From Geobacter argillaceus (lineage in GTDB: Bacteria > Desulfobacterota > Desulfuromonadia > Geobacterales > DSM-12255), in the NCBI RefSeq assembly GCF_007830735.1, contig NZ_VLLN01000017.1, positions 14,656 to 38,655 on the forward strand: DNA of 24,000 nucleotides. Reading direction: 5' to 3'. Of this stretch, positions 7,633 through 14,375 are shown piece by piece. Positions within the stretch are counted from its first letter, which is position 1. The number at the start of each line of letters is the position of its first letter. The position numbers and the translations under genes are program-made. The notes below the pieces were generated by a model. It was not told where the DNA came from, made no database searches, and saw only the letters and a program-made list of their open reading frames with translations.

Positions 7633-8688
7633 TCAGCGTCCCTCCAGTTGCCCGGCCTGCCGCGGGGTAAGGGAGGCGGCGGTGTGGGCGAACATCTCGG
7701 CGACAGAGGGAGGCGGGATCGCCTCCATGGCCGCCACGGCCCCGTCGATGGCGGCCGTTGCCCTGGCCCGGACATCCGCCCGGAACGTTTCGCTCCAGAA
7801 GCTGCGGGAAGCAAGAAAGCGCTCCAGCCGCAGGATCGGGTCCCGGGCGGCCCAGGCGGCCACCGCCTCGGGAGGGCGGTAGCGGGCCGCATCGTCGGCC
7901 GTGGTGTGGTCGGCCATCCGGTAGGTGAGGCACTCGATGAAGGTGGGACCGCCGCCGCTGCGCGCCTTATCCAGCGCCTCCTTGGTGGCCCGGTGCACGG
8001 CGAACAGGTCGTTGCCGTCCACCTGAATCCCCTCGAACCCGTAGGCGATGGCCTTCTGGGCCAGGGACCCGCTCGCGGTCTGCCCCGCTACCGGGATGGA
8101 GATCGCCCACTGGTTGTTCTGGCAGATGAAAACGACCGGCGGACGGAAGAGGCCGGCCAGGTTGAACCCCTCGTGGAAATCCCCCTTGGAGGTGGCGCCA
8201 TCGCCGAAGTAGGCGACCACGGCCACCGGGTCTTTCCGGTAGCGGGCCGCCATGGCGGCACCCACGGCATGGGTGATCTGGGCGCCAACACCGACGCACA
8301 CGGGAAAGATGTTGAGCCGGTCCGGCGCCCGCTGACCCCGCTCGTCACCGGCCCAGTACTGGAACAGTTGCTGGATGGGATAGCCGAGGGTTAGAAAGAC
8401 CCCCATCTCCCGAAACGCCGGGAAGACCCAGTCTTCGGGGGCCAGGGCCAGGGCGCTCCCCACCTGGGCCGCCTCCTGCCCCCTGATGGGGGGGTAGGTG
8501 CCGAGCCGCCCCTCCCGCTGCAGGGAGAGTGCCCGCTCGTCAAAGATCCGCGCCAGCACCATCAGCTCGTAGGCGCGGCTTAGCTCGTCATCGGCATAGG
8601 GGAGTATGAGCGACTCATCCGCCTGACCGTTCTCGTCGAGGATGCTCAGGCGGCGGGTGGTGAACGTGGCAAGTACTTCATCAGGCAT
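7633..8688 (-). CDS. 2-oxoisovalerate/pyruvate-type dehydrogenase E1 alpha subunit (TPP-dependent)
   Basis: 351-aa ORF with the TPP-binding motif YFGDGATSKGDFHEGFNLAG...NNQWAIS. First gene of the E1alpha-E1beta-E2 operon. Confidence 0.9.
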   Translation of the reverse strand: MPDEVLATFTTRRLSILDENGQADESLILPYADDELSRAYELMVLARIFDERALSLQREGRLGTYPPIRGQEAAQVGSALALAPEDWVFPAFREMGVFLTLGYPIQQLFQYWAGDERGQRAPDRLNIFPVCVGVGAQITHAVGAAMAARYRKDPVAVVAYFGDGATSKGDFHEGFNLAGLFRPPVVFICQNNQWAISIPVAGQTASGSLAQKAIAYGFEGIQVDGNDLFAVHRATKEALDKARSGGGPTFIECLTYRMADHTTADDAARYRPPEAVAAWAARDPILRLERFLASRSFWSETFRADVRARATAAIDGAVAAMEAIPPPSVAEMFAHTAASLTPRQAGQLEGR

Positions 8689-8733
8689 GTCCGTTGTCCT
8701 TATCCCTGAATCATAGGAACTGCTACTGCAAAG

Positions 8734-8761
8734 AGTTTATCCGCAGTGCTACGACTGTCAA
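8734..8761 (-). promoter_or_regulatory. Candidate sigma70 promoter of the 2-oxoacid dehydrogenase operon
   Basis: On the minus strand: TTGACA (8761..8756), 16-nt spacer, TAAACT (8739..8734), about 45 nt upstream of the E1alpha ATG. Confidence 0.3.
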
Positions 8762-8859
8762 CGGAACAAGGACTGACCAATTGAAGGCGCACTTCCGTTC
8801 CGGACTGGGGGCATGGATCTCCGGTGCTGCCATATCCGCAATTGTAATTTTGCGCCACC

Positions 8860-8875
8860 GTGCTAATATTAGCAC
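8860..8875. promoter_or_regulatory. Perfect 16-bp palindrome GTGCTAATATTAGCAC (candidate operator)
   Basis: The two half-sites are exact reverse complements. Lies 30 nt upstream of the receiver-protein ATG (8905), in the divergent intergenic region. Confidence 0.4.
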
Positions 8876-8904
8876 CAACCAAGACAAGACAGGGGGGTGA
8901 TACC

Positions 8905-9288
8905 ATGACCGACCTGTACGTCCTTCTGGTCGAAGACAACCGTGACGATGAGGAACTCGCCCTTTGGTCGCTCGGCAAAGCCGGACTCACCCATGTGACC
9001 GTTGCCCATGACGGCCTTGAAGCCTTGACCCTGCTGTTCGGCAGTCCGCCATCCGCCGGGCAGGAACCATTCCTGCCGGATATCCTGCTGCTCGACCTGC
9101 GGCTGCCCAAGATCGACGGCCTCGAAGTCCTGAAACAGCTGCGCAGCAACGAGCGGACGAAAATGCTCAAGGTCTTTGCACTCTCCTCTTCCGAGGATCC
9201 GCAGGACAAAAAAATCTGCTCCGATCTGGGGGTTATCGCCTTTTTATCCAAACCGTTGGAAAGGGAAAAACTGCTGCCGTATCTGTAG
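8905..9288 (+). CDS. Stand-alone response-regulator receiver protein (CheY-like, 127 aa)
   Basis: MTDLYVLLVEDNRDDEEL...DILLLDLRLPKIDGLEVLKQLR...LSSSEDPQD...FLSKP carries the receiver acidic pocket, phospho-acceptor Asp and conserved Lys. ATG 8905 follows a GGGGGG SD. No output domain. Confidence 0.85.
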   Translation: MTDLYVLLVEDNRDDEELALWSLGKAGLTHVTVAHDGLEALTLLFGSPPSAGQEPFLPDILLLDLRLPKIDGLEVLKQLRSNERTKMLKVFALSSSEDPQDKKICSDLGVIAFLSKPLEREKLLPYL

Positions 9289-9416
9289 GATTGCCTCCCC
9301 TCACCCCTTCATGCCCATCTCACCGACCTGCAGCAGCCCACGAGTCCGCCAGAGACAAATATGCAGGGGAGATGATGCGCACCACGCCCACCAGCGGTAA
9401 AATCCAAGTAAAGGCT

Positions 9417-9896
9417 ATGCGAAAGAGATCGGCAAAGAAAAAGCAGCCATCCGGCCGTGCACTGCAGATAGTGGCGCTCTTCGAGGGTGCCAAGGGGGCG
9501 CTGGTCCTGGTGACCGGCCTCGGGCTCCTGGCCCTGATCCATAGGGATGTGCACCAGGTTGCCGAGCAGTTGGTCCGGCACCTTCATTTCAACCCGGCCA
9601 GACACTATCCCCGGATCTTCCTGGATGCTGCGGACCGCGTGACCGACCCGCAGCTCTGGGCACTGGCCCTGGCGGCACTGTTCTACTCGGCAATACGTTT
9701 TGCCGAGGCAGTCGGCCTCTGGCTGAAGCGGCGCTGGGCCGAATGGTTCGGCTTTCTTTCCGGCGGCATGTATATACCGGTCGAGTTGTACGAAGTGCTC
9801 CGGGAAGCGACCTGGCCCCGGGTGACTGTGCTCGTGCTGAACCTGGCGATAGTGCTTTACCTGCTTGGAGTATTGATCAGAACTGACCGGAGGTGA
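9417..9896 (+). CDS. DUF2127-family inner-membrane protein
   Basis: ...ALQIVALFEGAKGALVLVTGLGLLALIH...YSAIRFAEAVGLWLKRRWAEWFGFLSGGMYIPVELYE... is typical of DUF2127. Start is uncertain: ATG 9417, or ATG 9372/9375 after GGGGAG. Confidence 0.65.
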   Translation: MRKRSAKKKQPSGRALQIVALFEGAKGALVLVTGLGLLALIHRDVHQVAEQLVRHLHFNPARHYPRIFLDAADRVTDPQLWALALAALFYSAIRFAEAVGLWLKRRWAEWFGFLSGGMYIPVELYEVLREATWPRVTVLVLNLAIVLYLLGVLIRTDRR

Positions 9897-9901
9897 TCCT
9901 C

Positions 9902-10669
9902 ATGGCAGAACATCGTCCTACCGTACCGACACGCCCGGACACACGGAGAGGTGCCGCCCTCCCCGTGGCCGGCATACTGCTCGTCCTTGTCGCCGCCATC
10001 CTGCTCGTAGCTGCTGGGTTCGGCACCCGCCTGGGGTTGTGGCATTTCCGCACCGGTTTCGACCTGCTCAGGTACGGCTCCTACTGTGGCGCCGTGGCCT
10101 TCCTGATAGCGCTCGTCGCAGCCCTGCTCTCGTTCCGCGGTCGGCGCCTTGCCGGATTTATCCTGGCCCTTGTGGCAATGATCTGCGGCCTGCTCATTAC
10201 CGCCATCCCCGTGGCCTGGAAACTCGAAGCCGGGCGGCTCCCCCGGATTCACGACATCACCACTGACACCACCAACCCACCCGACTTCGTCGCAATTCTC
10301 CCGTTGCGGGCGGATGCCGCCAATCCGGCAACATACGGCGGGCCTGAGGTTGCAGCCCTGCAGCGCCGGGCCTATCCTGACATCAAGACCGTCATCCTCG
10401 AACACCCACAGGCACAGGCCTTCGAGGCGGCACTCAGCGCAGCCCGTGCCCTGGGATGGCAGGTCGTTGCCACTGTCCCGGCTGCGGGGAGGATAGAGGC
10501 CACGGCCACCACCTTCTGGTTCGGCTTCAAGGACGACATCGTGATCCGGGTCGCGCCGGCGGGGAATAGGTCGCGGGTTGATATTCGCTCGGTGTCGCGG
10601 GTGGGGATCAGTGACGTGGGGACTAATGCGAAAAGGATTCGCGCCTTCGTGAAGAAGCTGACAGGGTAA
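9902..10669 (+). CDS. DUF1499 domain membrane protein
   Basis: Three N-terminal hydrophobic helices, then a DUF1499-like C-domain (FWFGFKDDIVIRV...RSVSRVGISDVGTNAKRIRAFVKKL). ATG 9902 is preceded by GGAGGTGA. The previous gene's TGA is at 9894..9896. Confidence 0.7.
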   Translation: MAEHRPTVPTRPDTRRGAALPVAGILLVLVAAILLVAAGFGTRLGLWHFRTGFDLLRYGSYCGAVAFLIALVAALLSFRGRRLAGFILALVAMICGLLITAIPVAWKLEAGRLPRIHDITTDTTNPPDFVAILPLRADAANPATYGGPEVAALQRRAYPDIKTVILEHPQAQAFEAALSAARALGWQVVATVPAAGRIEATATTFWFGFKDDIVIRVAPAGNRSRVDIRSVSRVGISDVGTNAKRIRAFVKKLTG

Positions 10670-10692
10670 TGCGCTCCCACCCAAGAGCAGCG

Positions 10693-11901
10693 TCATGCTT
10701 CCCCAAGCTCGAATCCCCTGTCCAGCAGCAGAACTTCGACTTCATCTCCCCTGGCGTAAGACGTATCGGGAGCCAGCCGGATCAGACCATTTCCCTGGAT
10801 AAGGGAGGAGAGGCGACCGGAGCTTTGATTGCCGGTGGTCGAGACATGATAACGGTCGTCGTGCGCCGAGACGATGCCCCGAATCAGGTGGGGCCGCGCC
10901 CCGGTATTCGTCACCTGCTCCTGCAGGACAGCCCTGACCTTGGGCCGGAATATCCGCCAATGCCCCATCGCCTTGAGGAGCGACGGCCGCACGAACAGTT
11001 CGAACGAGACCATGGCCGCGACCGGATTGCCCGGCAGGGCGAAGACCGGCTTACCCTGCAGCATGGCGAACGCCAAAGGCTTGCCCGGTTTCATGTCGAC
11101 CTTCCAGAAGGTGATGCGTCCCCCCAGCTTTTCAATCGCAACTTTGACGAAATCCCGGTCTCCCACGGAAACACCACCGGTGATGACCAGAAAATCGGCG
11201 TTCAGACCGGCCCTGATTTTCTCGCAGGTGGCATCAAGGGTGTCCGTGGCGATCCCCAGGAGTAGCGGGTCGCCGCCGGTATCCAGCACCTGGGCTGCCA
11301 GGCTGTAGCTGTTGCTGTTGATGATCTTCCCCGGCAACGGCGTCGAACCGGGCTCCAGGAGTTCGTCGCCGGTGGAGAGAATGGCCACCCTGGCTTTGCG
11401 ATAGACTGCCAGAGAGGTCGTTCCCATGGCCGACAGCATGCCGATCTCCTGGGGGCGAAGGAGCGACCCGGCAGGGATCACGGTACTGCCGTGCCGGATG
11501 TCTTCACCGCGCTCCCGGACATGGGATCCCGCCCTGATTACCGAAGTGAGGCGTATCCATTCGCCATCCTCCGTCACATCCTCGATGGGGACTACCGTAT
11601 CGCACCCCGGCGGGACAACTGCACCGGTCATGATCCTGACCGCCTCGCCGGCAGGTACCGGAGCACGGTACACCTCTCCGGCCGGCAGAAAGCCGGTGAC
11701 CTTCAGGCGGCTGTCGTCCAACGTGGCATGGGCGAATGCGAACCCGTCCATGGCGGAGTTATCGGCGGGCGGAATGTCCCACGGGGCAATGTGCTCTTCC
11801 GGGGTGACCCGGTTAAGGCCCTGGAACAAGGAGACCTTTTCCGTCTCCAGCGGCGTGATCTGTTCCAGGATGGTCCGTTGCGCTTCCTCAATGCTGATCA
11901 T
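10693..11901 (-). CDS. moeA: Molybdopterin molybdenumtransferase
   Basis: 402 aa. N-terminus MISIEEAQRTILEQITPLETEKVSL...SAMDGFA, MoCF-biosynthesis domain (VAILSTGDEL...INSNSY) and C-terminal beta-barrel domain. GAAGGAGG SD. Confidence 0.9.
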   Translation of the reverse strand: MISIEEAQRTILEQITPLETEKVSLFQGLNRVTPEEHIAPWDIPPADNSAMDGFAFAHATLDDSRLKVTGFLPAGEVYRAPVPAGEAVRIMTGAVVPPGCDTVVPIEDVTEDGEWIRLTSVIRAGSHVRERGEDIRHGSTVIPAGSLLRPQEIGMLSAMGTTSLAVYRKARVAILSTGDELLEPGSTPLPGKIINSNSYSLAAQVLDTGGDPLLLGIATDTLDATCEKIRAGLNADFLVITGGVSVGDRDFVKVAIEKLGGRITFWKVDMKPGKPLAFAMLQGKPVFALPGNPVAAMVSFELFVRPSLLKAMGHWRIFRPKVRAVLQEQVTNTGARPHLIRGIVSAHDDRYHVSTTGNQSSGRLSSLIQGNGLIRLAPDTSYARGDEVEVLLLDRGFELGEA

Positions 11902-11922
11902 CAGGATTCCTCCTTCAACTTC

Positions 11923-12273
11923 TCAGAAGTCGAGTTCCATGAACTTGCAATTCACCATCTCATTGAACCCCTCTTGCAGACGATCGAATTTCTGCAGGAG
12001 CGTTTCCGCCTGTGGGGTAAGGGACGATTCACCGCCACCGGCCCCACCCTTCAGGCGGTTCACGAGGGGGAACCCCAGACGCTTCTCCATGGCATCGATA
12101 TAGGTCCATGCCTTACGATAGGGGACGCCCATCTCTTTTGCCGCGGCATTGATCGAACCGGTCTTTTTGATCAGGCGCAGCAGTTCGTCCCGCCCACGGC
12201 CGAACACCGGCTTGCCGTCGACCTCCAGCCAGATCTTGGAGCGGACCCGCAATTCCGACCCGGCTTCGCTCAT
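11923..12273 (-). CDS. ModE N-terminal-domain-like winged-helix protein (no Mop/TOBE domains)
   Basis: 116 aa. ...IWLEVDGKPVFGRGRDELLRLIKKTGSINAAAKEMGVPYRKAWTYIDAMEKRLGFPLVNRLKGGAGGG matches the ModE/LysR-type HTH N-domain. ATGA overlap with the mobB stop (12273..12270). Confidence 0.75.
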   Translation of the reverse strand: MSEAGSELRVRSKIWLEVDGKPVFGRGRDELLRLIKKTGSINAAAKEMGVPYRKAWTYIDAMEKRLGFPLVNRLKGGAGGGESSLTPQAETLLQKFDRLQEGFNEMVNCKFMELDF

Positions 12274-12773
12274 TTCAGGAACCGTGCCTCGATGAAATCG
12301 GTAACTTCTTCGACATTGTTGAGATCGAGCAGCGGCACATCCAGTTCCAGTTGTTCGTCGCTGGCCACCGCAATCAGTGCCGGATCGTATTCTTCTCCCC
12401 GGCAGATCAGGGTGGCACTCCGCTCCCGACGGTGGAGTTCGATTTTGGGCAGGGAACTCTTCTTGAATCCTTCGGTCAGGACGATGTCCACATCCTGGAA
12501 ATAGGTTTCCAGGAGCTCTTCCACAGATGGCGCGTCCGCGTGTTGCTTCACCAGCGCCAGCTTTTCCGGCGAACAGATGAGCATGGTGTCGGTTCCGGCA
12601 GCGGTAATCCGATGCGAATCCTTCCCCGGCTTGTCGATATCGAAGCGGTGGGCATCGTGCTTGATGGCCCCGACCCGGTAGCCCCGTATCTTCAGTTCAC
12701 GGATGACCTTCTCCAGCATGGTGGTCTTGCCGGTTCCGGACTTGGCCACAAGGGCAACTACTTTGACGGACAT
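12270..12773 (-). CDS. mobB: Molybdopterin-guanine dinucleotide biosynthesis adapter protein
   Basis: 167 aa. P-loop AKSGTGKTT followed by RVGAIKHDAHRFDIDKPGKDS, the MobB signature region. Confidence 0.88.
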   Translation of the reverse strand: MSVKVVALVAKSGTGKTTMLEKVIRELKIRGYRVGAIKHDAHRFDIDKPGKDSHRITAAGTDTMLICSPEKLALVKQHADAPSVEELLETYFQDVDIVLTEGFKKSSLPKIELHRRERSATLICRGEEYDPALIAVASDEQLELDVPLLDLNNVEEVTDFIEARFLK

Positions 12774-13402
12774 GATGACTCCTCCTTGAGCTTGGCAAAT
12801 TCTTCAGGGGTATTGATGTTCAGAAAAGCCCTGCCGTCCCGGTCGAGATGGGCCAACTCCTCATACGGGACATATCTGACCCGGACCTGTGGATAATAGG
12901 CGTAGGCGCAGAAGTCGCCACTATCCAGGAGGGCTCTGATCGGTTCGAGACAGTTTTTTGAATAAAGCGCGAAGAGCGGTTCGTAACCGTTGGCATTGGC
13001 CTGGACAACGGCATCGTAGCCGTTTCTAAGGGAGCAGAGGTAACGGAGCACGTCACGGTTCGGAAAAGGGATGTCACAGGAGGAGACGAAAATGTACTCC
13101 GTTGCCGCGTGGTGGAGACCGGTATAGACTCCCCCCAGGGCGCTGCCGGGATAGATGTCGGGCAGGACCGGGAGACCGTAACCGGCAAAGCGCTCCTCGC
13201 GGTCCCCCACCAGAACGATCCGGGCAAAGCTCTCCCTGAATGCCTCCAACACCCGCTCGAAGATCGGCTTCCCGTCGACCTCCAGAAACGCCTTGTCCTG
13301 TCCCATCCGGCGGCTCTTGCCGCCGACCAGGATGACGCCGGTAATGTCATGGTGCAGTTTTTCGGTCATGGGAGCACGTACGTCAGGTGTATTGTTCATC
13401 AT
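12758..13402 (-). CDS. mobA: Molybdenum cofactor guanylyltransferase
   Basis: ITGVILVGGKSRRMGQDKAFLEVDGKPIFERV... (MobA LAGG-x-S-x-RMG motif). Overlaps the mobB start by 16 nt. Start ambiguous: ATG 13402/13399 (MMNNT...) or 13369 (MTEKLHH...). The track's extension to 13618 has no coding character. Confidence 0.8.
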   Translation of the reverse strand: MMNNTPDVRAPMTEKLHHDITGVILVGGKSRRMGQDKAFLEVDGKPIFERVLEAFRESFARIVLVGDREERFAGYGLPVLPDIYPGSALGGVYTGLHHAATEYIFVSSCDIPFPNRDVLRYLCSLRNGYDAVVQANANGYEPLFALYSKNCLEPIRALLDSGDFCAYAYYPQVRVRYVPYEELAHLDRDGRAFLNINTPEEFAKLKEESSCPSK

Positions 13403-13603
13403 TGTCAGAAGACCCTGAATCTGGATATACCAAATCCGCATAACGATGGGCAACAAATATTTACGTTTGCTCGACGTACTAAAACGGAACCTGGCTACTC
13501 GACATTCCCCCCTCCTGGGGGAGAACTTTTTGCCCTCCCCAATTTGATAACCCCAATGATCCGGGTAGCAATCTGTGATTTCGCAAGAATGAAGCGGCAA
13601 GCA

Positions 13604-13635
13604 GTTCGCCCGCAGCATAATCGCTGCGGGCGAAC
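13604..13635. other. Perfect 13-bp stem hairpin / inverted repeat in the mobA-marR divergent intergenic region
   Basis: gttcgcccgcagc (13604..13616), loop ataatc, gctgcgggcgaac (13623..13635). No flanking T-run on either strand. Confidence 0.5.
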
Positions 13636-13649
13636 CGAGTCAATATTTT

Positions 13650-13666
13650 AGTTGCAATATGCAATT
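13650..13666. promoter_or_regulatory. Candidate MarR operator (AT-rich inverted repeat TTGCA-ATA-TGCAA)
   Basis: Perfect 5-bp arms (13652..13656 / 13660..13664), extendable to 7/3/7 with one mismatch. Lies about 35-45 nt upstream of the MarR ATG, in the only AT-rich patch of the intergenic region (TAAAAT at 13666..13671). Confidence 0.35.
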
Positions 13667-13698
13667 AAAATGTCTACGCTTTCGTCAGGAGAAATGAC

Positions 13699-14190
13699 AT
13701 GGAATCTGTCAGAGAAATGCTTCATATATTTGTCCGCCGTTTCGGCCTGCTGAATGCGGAGTGCTGCGATGAGTGCTGTGGAGAGCAGGTCTCCATGGTC
13801 CAGAGCCACATCCTGTTAGAGATCCGCAGGACGGAAAATCCCTCCATGCAGCGGGTGGCTGAGGAGCTGGGAATGGACATCACCACCTTCAGCAGACAGG
13901 CCAAGACCTTGGAGGCAAAAGGGCTCGTGACCCGGCAGGCATCGCCGGACGACCGGCGGGTGAGCCTGCTCGGCCTGACCAGCGAGGGGTTGCAGGTGCT
14001 GGAGAAGATCGATCTCTATATGTCCGGCAGGATCAAGCGGATATTTTCAAGTATGACCCCTTTCGAGCGGGAGACCGTTGTCAGGTCGCTGGGTCTGCTG
14101 AACGAGGCGGTGGCCAAGGCTGGCTGCTGCAATGGGCAGCAGGACAAAACATTGCATGTTGCAAGTAACAGCAGTAAGGAGTCGTCATGA
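13699..14190 (+). CDS. MarR-family transcriptional regulator with vicinal-cysteine motifs
   Basis: 163 aa. wHTH core SMVQSHILLEIRR...SMQRVAEELGMDITTFSRQAKTLEAKGLVTRQASPDDRRVSLLGLTSEG. Unusual CCDECCG near the N-terminus and GCCNG near the C-terminus. AGGAGA SD. The stop overlaps the next ATG (tcATGA). Confidence 0.85.
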   Translation: MESVREMLHIFVRRFGLLNAECCDECCGEQVSMVQSHILLEIRRTENPSMQRVAEELGMDITTFSRQAKTLEAKGLVTRQASPDDRRVSLLGLTSEGLQVLEKIDLYMSGRIKRIFSSMTPFERETVVRSLGLLNEAVAKAGCCNGQQDKTLHVASNSSKESS

Positions 14191-14291
14191 AGATACGGGA
14201 AATCAGAACGATCACAAAAGCGGAATGCGCCCCAGTGAACACCGGTTGTGTCCCTACTGCGGATAACGACCCGAACAAGCCCCCCTGCTGA
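14187..14291 (+). CDS. 34-codon Cys-rich ORF ending at an in-frame TGA: either an independent peptide or the N-terminal part of HgcA if TGA 14289..14291 is decoded as selenocysteine
   Basis: Below the ORF-track size cutoff. ATG 14187 has a consensus AAGGAG (14176..14181) at 5-nt spacing and overlaps the MarR stop. Translation is MKIREIRTITKAECAPVNTGCVPTADNDPNKPPC*. It is in the same frame as hgcA, and that frame is open from the TGA to 14376. Confidence 0.45.
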   Translation: MKIREIRTITKAECAPVNTGCVPTADNDPNKPPC

Positions 14292-14375
14292 GGCCCCCCT
14301 ACCTCCGCCGGCGGCGGAACAATTGACGAAACGGTTCCCGGATTTCTTTCCTGGCTACCGACCAGGGCCGGCCGC

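Noticed and set aside
7632-7892. 87-codon N-terminal extension of the E1beta ORF (track 6669..7892)
   Set aside because: The extension overlaps the 3' end of E1alpha in another frame and is Pro/Arg-rich. The internal ATG 7631 has a GGAGGG SD and begins the conserved E1beta sequence.
7423-8394. 323-aa plus-strand ORF and other ORFs antisense to E1alpha/E1beta
   Set aside because: Shadow frames of well-supported genes, with no independent evidence.
13403-13618. Moco (molybdenum cofactor) riboswitch in the mobA leader, and the 72-codon upstream extension of the mobA ORF
   Set aside because: I could not find the conserved Moco-motif elements in the right order on the minus strand. The extension is lower-GC, has no MobA similarity, and exists only because no stop codon intervenes.
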